DNA from: Thermoproteota archaeon
Lineage (GTDB): Archaea; Korarchaeota; JAOZGF01; JAOZFZ01
Length of the DNA stretch: 64,000 bases
NCBI GenBank assembly: GCA_027492035.1
Contig: JAOZFT010000015.1
Location: forward strand, 9,043-73,042
Direction of reading: 5' to 3'
The notes beneath the pieces are model-generated. The model was not told the origin of the DNA, ran no database searches, and worked only from the letters and a program-made list of their open reading frames with translations. The stretch's first letter is position 1; every line of letters begins with the position of its first letter. The translations under genes were made by a program, and so were the position numbers. Of the stretch, positions 58,361 through 64,000 are shown piece after piece.

Positions 58361-61009
58361 ATGCTGAACGAAAAAAGTTTAACAATTGTTGAGGAAGCCT
58401 GTGAAAAAAAGGAAATTCTCAGTTTACTTAATCCTTATGTTGCTCAATGGTTTAGTTCAAAATTTAAAGAGTTGGCGCCGCCTCAAAAGTACGGGATAAA
58501 GCCCATAATTAATGGATGGAACACTTTAATTTGTAGTCCAACAGGCTCTGGAAAAACCCTAACTTCCTTCATTTATATAATAAGTGAATTGTTTAATATG
58601 GCTCTGGAGAATAAACTGGAAAATAAAGTCTACTGTGTATATATAAGTCCTTTAAGGGCTCTATCTAATGACATCCGCCGTAACCTAGAGGAACCATTGA
58701 AAGAAATAAAGGAACTGATGGAAGCTGACGGCAAAAAAATCCAAGAAATTAGACATTCAGTGAGGACAGGAGATACTTCCCCCTATGAAAAATCAAAAAT
58801 GCTGCGTTACACTCCCCATATATTAATCACTACTCCTGAATCCCTAGCTATAATACTTAACGCTAAGAGGTTTAGAGAGAAACTTAAGGGTGTGAAATGG
58901 GTTATTGTTGATGAACTTCACAGTTTAGCTGATAATAAACGGGGTGTGCATTTAAGTTTGAGTTTGGAGCGTTTACAGTACTGGGTTGAACAATCAATTG
59001 TGAGGATTGGTTTATCAGCCACTATAGCTCCACTTGATGAAGTGGCTAAGTTTCTGGTGGGTTATGGAAACAACGGTTTGAGAAAATGTTGCATAGTTGA
59101 TGTCAGTTTCATAAAACAAAAGGATATTCGTGTAATTACTCCAGTAAAAGACATTGTACATTCTTCTGCAGCCTTGATAAATGATAAAATGTATGAAACA
59201 TTGGTTAAATTCATAGAAAGGCACAAGACCACACTTATCTTCACCAACACACGTAGCGGTACAGAGAGGGTGGTTTTCCACTTGAAACGTTTACTTCCAG
59301 AAAAAGTTAATGGGGTTGAAGTTGAAGATGTAGCGGCTCATCATGGTTCCTTAAGCAGGGGGATACGCTTTGATGTTGAAGAAAAAATGAAAAGGGGAAA
59401 GTTAAAAGCTTGTGTAAGTTCTACTAGTCTAGAATTGGGAATAGACATTGGTTACATTGATTTGGTTGTTCAGCTTGGCTCACCTAAATCTGTCACCCGT
59501 TGTCTTCAGCGTATAGGGAGGAGTGGGCATCGTTTACATGCCGTCACTAAAGGCGTAATGCTTGAAATGGACTTAGATGATTTAGTTGAAGTTGCTGTAA
59601 TGGTGAAGGAGGCATACAAAAACCATTTAGATAAAATAAGAGTGCCTAAAAACTGTTTAGATGTTTTGGTGCAGCACTTGTTGGGGATGGCTATCAACAA
59701 AAAATGGAGAGTTGATGAAGCTTTAGAATTAATAAGGAAATCCTATTGTTACCACACTTTCCCAAAGAAGGAATTAGTTAACCTCTTAAAGTTTCTTTCA
59801 GGGGGATACTCCAAACTTGAAACATACAAAGTCTATGGTAAAATTTGGTTCGACCCAGATGAAGAAACCTTTGGACGTAGAGGAAAATACGCCAGGGTGA
59901 TCTACTCCCTAAACATAGGAACAATACCTGATGAAGTAATGGTCAAGGTTTACACTTCTGGTGGAAAGTATGTGGGAAATATTGAAGAGGAATTTCTTCA
60001 AAGGCTTGTTAAGGGGGACAGGTTTGTTTTGGGAGGAAAAGTTTATGAGTTTATTTCATCTAAGGGAGTTAAGGCTAAAGTGAAACCAGCCTTTGAAAAT
60101 AAGCCAACAGTACCAAGATGGTTTTCAGAACAATTACCTTTAACCTTTGATTTAGCTATTGAAGTAGGTAAATTTAGGGAAGAAATGTTTCATTTCCTTG
60201 AAAAAGGGAGTAAGAAGCAAGAAATAATTAATTACTTAATAAAGAATTGTCACACAGACTATTACGCTGCAAACTCAATTTATAATTACTTCATGGAAGA
60301 ATACCTTTTCTTGAAATCGTTAGGAGTTAATTCTTTCCCTTCTCATCGAAATGTTTTGATTGAAGAATTCCTTGATGAATTTGGAAGAAAAAATATTGTT
60401 TACCACACCCTCTATGGAAGAAAAGTGAATGATGCCTTGTCTAGGGCTTGCGGTTACTTGGCAAGTAAAAAAATTAAGAGAAACATAGGGGTAGCAGTGC
60501 ATGACAATGGATTCTCTTTAATTTACCCTGTAAACGTGGATTACAACCCCTTAGATGAACTACTGAATCTTGACTTGAAAATGGTTTTAGAGGAGGCTTT
60601 AGAAAAAACTGAACTTGTTAAAAGGAAGTTCAGACACTGCGGAGTAAGGAGTTTAATGATTCTCCGAAACTATAAGGGACATGAAATAAAAGTGAGAAAA
60701 CAACAACTTAACGCTGAAAAAATAATAAAATTAGCGAAAGAAATACCTGAATTCCCGGTTCTTAAAGAAACATACAGAGAAATACTTGAAGACTCTATGG
60801 CGCTCTTCCATGCAAAAGAGATTCTTAAGAAATTGAAAAAAGGGGAAATAAAAACATTCAGGATAGAAACAAATATTCCTTCCCCCTTCGCTCACGGTAT
60901 TGTTTTAGTTGGTATGTCAGATATTATTTTGATGGAAGACAGGAAAGCATTACTTAAAAGGCTTCATGAAATGGTTATGGAGAAAATACATGAACTAGAA
61001 AGGGAGTAA
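58361..61009 (+). CDS. lhr: Lhr-type DEAD/DEAH-box ATP-dependent helicase
   Basis: 882 aa; helicase motifs I (CSPTGSGKT), II (DELH) and VI (QRIGRSGHR), plus the Lhr-specific C-terminal extension. Confidence 0.8.
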   Translation: MLNEKSLTIVEEACEKKEILSLLNPYVAQWFSSKFKELAPPQKYGIKPIINGWNTLICSPTGSGKTLTSFIYIISELFNMALENKLENKVYCVYISPLRALSNDIRRNLEEPLKEIKELMEADGKKIQEIRHSVRTGDTSPYEKSKMLRYTPHILITTPESLAIILNAKRFREKLKGVKWVIVDELHSLADNKRGVHLSLSLERLQYWVEQSIVRIGLSATIAPLDEVAKFLVGYGNNGLRKCCIVDVSFIKQKDIRVITPVKDIVHSSAALINDKMYETLVKFIERHKTTLIFTNTRSGTERVVFHLKRLLPEKVNGVEVEDVAAHHGSLSRGIRFDVEEKMKRGKLKACVSSTSLELGIDIGYIDLVVQLGSPKSVTRCLQRIGRSGHRLHAVTKGVMLEMDLDDLVEVAVMVKEAYKNHLDKIRVPKNCLDVLVQHLLGMAINKKWRVDEALELIRKSYCYHTFPKKELVNLLKFLSGGYSKLETYKVYGKIWFDPDEETFGRRGKYARVIYSLNIGTIPDEVMVKVYTSGGKYVGNIEEEFLQRLVKGDRFVLGGKVYEFISSKGVKAKVKPAFENKPTVPRWFSEQLPLTFDLAIEVGKFREEMFHFLEKGSKKQEIINYLIKNCHTDYYAANSIYNYFMEEYLFLKSLGVNSFPSHRNVLIEEFLDEFGRKNIVYHTLYGRKVNDALSRACGYLASKKIKRNIGVAVHDNGFSLIYPVNVDYNPLDELLNLDLKMVLEEALEKTELVKRKFRHCGVRSLMILRNYKGHEIKVRKQQLNAEKIIKLAKEIPEFPVLKETYREILEDSMALFHAKEILKKLKKGEIKTFRIETNIPSPFAHGIVLVGMSDIILMEDRKALLKRLHEMVMEKIHELERE

Positions 61010-61238
61010 ATTACCTTAATTTTCCCTGCGTTAATTCAATTAATGCCTTAAGGTTTTTACTATTTTTTCAGCTAAACCTCTCCAAAAAACCCCTTAACTA
61101 GCTAGATATATTCTTCTTTATTTATCATGTTGTGTTCAGAATGAACTGTCTAGGTTACTTAAAGGGTTTTTCGTTAATAGAGTTAATAAAATTAAGATAT
61201 TCCAGGCCCATTTTCTTCTTTATTCACCCTGAAAAATT

Positions 61239-62345
61239 TCAGTTTCCCCCTCCTTCCTTCTGCAAACCCATTTTCTCAATTATTTCCTCTACATTTATTC
61301 TCTTCTCCACTTCATTAATTATTCTCTGAAGTTTTGCTTCACTTAAGAACTTTATAGTGTACCCTGTTTCTTCTATTTTTTTCATTGTAAGGTAAGTGTC
61401 GTACGGGGTCAAAAGTAAGGGTATATTTCTTTCTTCAGCCTTTAACAAAACGTGATGATCTGGCTGTAAATTGCCTGTGAGAATTATAGCTGATGTGGGC
61501 GTTTCTAAAGCTGCAAGCAAAATATCTGTTCTATCTCCACCGGTTATCAACGCTTTATTTGTGGTGACTCTTAAGTAGCGTAATGCACTTTCAGGTGTCA
61601 TCGCCCCTATCAGGAACTCCTCGATAGGTTTATCTAATGCATCCTCTCCAACCAGAATCTTTGCATCTATCGCCTCAACAAGTTCTTTGGGTGTAATAGG
61701 TATTATTTCCCTGACCCCCGGCATTACCCCCAATATCTTGTATTTCCCAGATTCTAAAATTGTAAAGTAATATTCTCTAAACCTTTCATCTTTTTCAGGG
61801 GTTACACCCATTATTACAGCCCCTAAATACTCAGTTTTGAATTTCTCAGCTGCTTCTCTGATCAACACTACATTGTCAAAAACCTTCAATGGAGTATAGT
61901 GGGTTAAACTTATTAATGGTGAATTAAACATGTTTGCAAGATGCCAAATCGATAAATCAATAGCTAAACCTGTCCACAGGACATCTAATCCCTCTGCTAT
62001 CACTAAATCTTTGCCTTCAGCTATTTCCTTCCCAGTCTCCAAAATCTTTTTCTTTAAAGCATCAACCACATCTGACGTCAATGTTTTATGAAGCAATTCT
62101 ACGTGGTAGAAAATAGGTGAAATAGTTTCAAGTTTATCCTTTAGGCCTAAGATTCTTTTTATGGAGTAAGCATCCTCTTCAACTATTTCCCCATTTTCTA
62201 AAGTCATTAGTCTTTGACCTAATGGTTTAAAGTAACCTACTTTGTATCCTCTTTTCTTCAATGCCCCCGCTAAACCTACAGCAAGGAAAGTTTTCCCTAT
62301 TTGTTTATCTGTCGACCCTATAAAAAGAAATTTTCCTTCATTCAA
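61239..62345 (-). CDS. Stand-alone Pta-N-terminal-like protein (BioD-like P-loop domain plus DRTGT domain)
   Basis: FIGSTDKQIGKTFLAVGLAGALKKRGYKVGYFKP P-loop (BioD/CobQ-like), then LITGGDRTDILLAALE (DRTGT motif); 368 aa; 17 nt downstream of the ACD gene. Confidence 0.65.
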   Translation of the reverse strand: MNEGKFLFIGSTDKQIGKTFLAVGLAGALKKRGYKVGYFKPLGQRLMTLENGEIVEEDAYSIKRILGLKDKLETISPIFYHVELLHKTLTSDVVDALKKKILETGKEIAEGKDLVIAEGLDVLWTGLAIDLSIWHLANMFNSPLISLTHYTPLKVFDNVVLIREAAEKFKTEYLGAVIMGVTPEKDERFREYYFTILESGKYKILGVMPGVREIIPITPKELVEAIDAKILVGEDALDKPIEEFLIGAMTPESALRYLRVTTNKALITGGDRTDILLAALETPTSAIILTGNLQPDHHVLLKAEERNIPLLLTPYDTYLTMKKIEETGYTIKFLSEAKLQRIINEVEKRINVEEIIEKMGLQKEGGGN

Positions 62346-62362
62346 AGAAATCCTCCCTCCTT

Positions 62363-64000
62363 TTAAGCAGAAAACAATATTCTCGCATCAACCGCAAAAC
62401 CCAGCTTCGGGTAAACAATTATCGGGTTAACATCTAACTCAATTATTTCTGGGAAGTCTGAGAGAAGTTGAGAAATCCTCAAAATGTTCTCTTTTATGAA
62501 ATCTATATCAACACCCTCCTTTCCCCTAACTCCCCTCAACAAGTCATAACCTTTTATCTCTGTAATCATTTTTGAAGCTTCCCAGTCAGTTACTGGAACT
62601 ACTCTAAAGGAAACATCCTTAAACACTTCAACATAAATTCCTCCTAAACCGAACATCACCAGAGATCCGAATTGAGGATCCATCGTTCCCCCAATTATAA
62701 CTTCTGTCCCTGAAGGAACCATTTCTTGTACACTTACTCCCTTAATAGTTGAACCAGGTGCATACTTACGTACATTCATAACTATTTGTAAATAAGCGTT
62801 TCTCAATTCTTTTTCGTCAGTAATATTTACTTTAACCGCTCCTATATCTGTTTTGTGAAGTATCTCTGGCGAAACAATTTTCAGAACTACAGGATACCCT
62901 ATTTCATTAGCGGCCTCTAAAGCTTGCTCCACAGTTTTAACTACTTTATATTTCGGAATAGGTATACCGTAACTTTTCAAAATTTCTTTAGCTTCTATTT
63001 CAGTTAACCTTGTCCTTCCTTCACCCCTAGCCTTTTTTAGTATCACTTGAACCCTTTCTTTGTTCACATTAAATTTCACAATTTTCCCCTTTCCGGTTTC
63101 TTCAAGTAAGGATTTATATTTTATAAGAGTTGAAAGGGCTTTTGCAGCTCTTTCTGGTTCTGTAAAATTAGGTATACCATATTCTCTCAATACATCCTCT
63201 ATTTCCTCTACTTCTCCACCGCCCATGAAGCACCCTATTACTGTTTTACTTGTCTCTTTTAAACCCTTACCCAACATTTCAGCTAATTTCTTGGCGTCAA
63301 GTATTTGAATAGGTAAAACTGCTGTGATTAAAGAGCTGATGTTACGGTCTGAAAGCAAAGTTTTAAAGGCTGAAAAATAAATTTGCTCATTGGCGTTACC
63401 TGTCACATCTAACGGATTCCTGAAACTTGCAAACGGTGGAAGGAATTTATTGAGTTCCTTGATTGTTCTCTTTTCAAAACTTGTCAGTTTCATTCCTAAA
63501 CTTGCAACTGCATCTGTTAAAAGGACACCCACTCCTCCGCCGTTCGTTAAAATCCCTATCTTGTCGTCTTTGGGTAAAGGTTGAGTGGCGAAGGCTTCAG
63601 CTGCATCAAACAATTCATCGATCCTGTAAACCCTTATAACTCCGCACTGTTTAAAAGCTGTTTCATACGATCTGTCTAAACCAGCTAAACTCCCTGTATG
63701 AGATGATACAGCTCTTCCACCTTCCTCTGTTCTTCCAGATTTAATTGCTAAAATAGGTTTATTCTTAATAACCTCTGAAGCTTTCTCCATAAATCTCTTT
63801 CCATTCCTTACATCTTCAAGGTAAAAAGTTATGACTTTTGTTTTTGGGTCATTGTTTAAGTACTCCAATAAATCAGCTTCGTCAATGTCTCCCTTGTTTC
63901 CAAGGTTTATAAACTTTGAAAAACCTATTTTCTCAGTTATTCCCTTGTTTAAAATCGATATGCATAAGGCTCCACTTTGTGAAATGAAGGAAATATACCC
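62363..64000 (-). CDS. acd: ADP-forming acetyl-CoA synthetase (ACD; NDP-forming acyl-CoA synthetase, fused alpha/beta), 5' end outside window
   Basis: C-terminal ATP-grasp beta domain and succinyl-CoA-synthetase-like ligase-CoA domain (SGRTEEGGRAVSSHTGSLAG). The reading frame stays open with no stop to the window edge at 64000, so the N-terminal CoA-binding domain lies beyond the window. Confidence 0.75.
   Translation of the reverse strand, partial: GYISFISQSGALCISILNKGITEKIGFSKFINLGNKGDIDEADLLEYLNNDPKTKVITFYLEDVRNGKRFMEKASEVIKNKPILAIKSGRTEEGGRAVSSHTGSLAGLDRSYETAFKQCGVIRVYRIDELFDAAEAFATQPLPKDDKIGILTNGGGVGVLLTDAVASLGMKLTSFEKRTIKELNKFLPPFASFRNPLDVTGNANEQIYFSAFKTLLSDRNISSLITAVLPIQILDAKKLAEMLGKGLKETSKTVIGCFMGGGEVEEIEDVLREYGIPNFTEPERAAKALSTLIKYKSLLEETGKGKIVKFNVNKERVQVILKKARGEGRTRLTEIEAKEILKSYGIPIPKYKVVKTVEQALEAANEIGYPVVLKIVSPEILHKTDIGAVKVNITDEKELRNAYLQIVMNVRKYAPGSTIKGVSVQEMVPSGTEVIIGGTMDPQFGSLVMFGLGGIYVEVFKDVSFRVVPVTDWEASKMITEIKGYDLLRGVRGKEGVDIDFIKENILRISQLLSDFPEIIELDVNPIIVYPKLGFAVDARILFSA

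Overview
This is an AT-rich, lysine-rich archaeal chromosomal segment. The assignment rests on a two-domain CDC48/VCP ATPase, Hsp20, a family-4 uracil-DNA glycosylase, the archaeal thiolase/HMG-CoA synthase/DUF35 trio, an Lhr-type helicase, an ADP-forming acetyl-CoA synthetase and an F420/H4MPT-type Mer-like reductase. The gene set resembles Asgard- or Bathyarchaeia-type amino-acid-fermenting archaea, but the lineage is not proven. The window holds about 56 protein genes; I found no rRNA, tRNA or CRISPR array. Two themes dominate. (1) A dense set of corrinoid-dependent methyltransferase genes: three paralogous MttB-superfamily genes and one MtmB-like gene, all uninterrupted ORFs with no in-frame amber codon (non-pyrrolysine), two cognate B12-binding corrinoid proteins, an MtrH-like methyl-corrinoid:pterin methyltransferase, and a Mer-like reductase. 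One operon (45.9-52.2 kb) additionally encodes a MoxR-AAA/VWA fusion and a Cys-rich metal-binding protein between the MtmB-like and MttB-like genes. Two MttB paralogs are each flanked by paralogous DAO-family FAD oxidoreductases, and one also by a proline-racemase-family enzyme and an ornithine cyclodeaminase/mu-crystallin enzyme. That arrangement points to an uncharacterised archaeal pathway that strips methyl groups from quaternary or N-methylated amines and recycles the carbon skeleton. (2) An amino-acid fermentation toolkit: a Liv-type ABC importer, two class-III PLP enzymes, an Asp/Glu-racemase-superfamily enzyme, a LarA-like racemase, a native amine dehydrogenase (2,4-diaminopentanoate dehydrogenase-like), IorAB, AOR, an AbfD-like 4-hydroxybutyryl-CoA dehydratase, a CoA transferase, and an ACD with a stand-alone Pta-N-terminal-like (BioD+DRTGT) partner. 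A short accessory-looking stretch (52.2-58.3 kb) carries a decayed ATPase-DUF234 pseudogene, a DJ-1/PfpI gene, two uncharacterised HExxH-motif proteins, an AbrB-PhoU fusion and AT-rich intergenic DNA with short tandem repeats.
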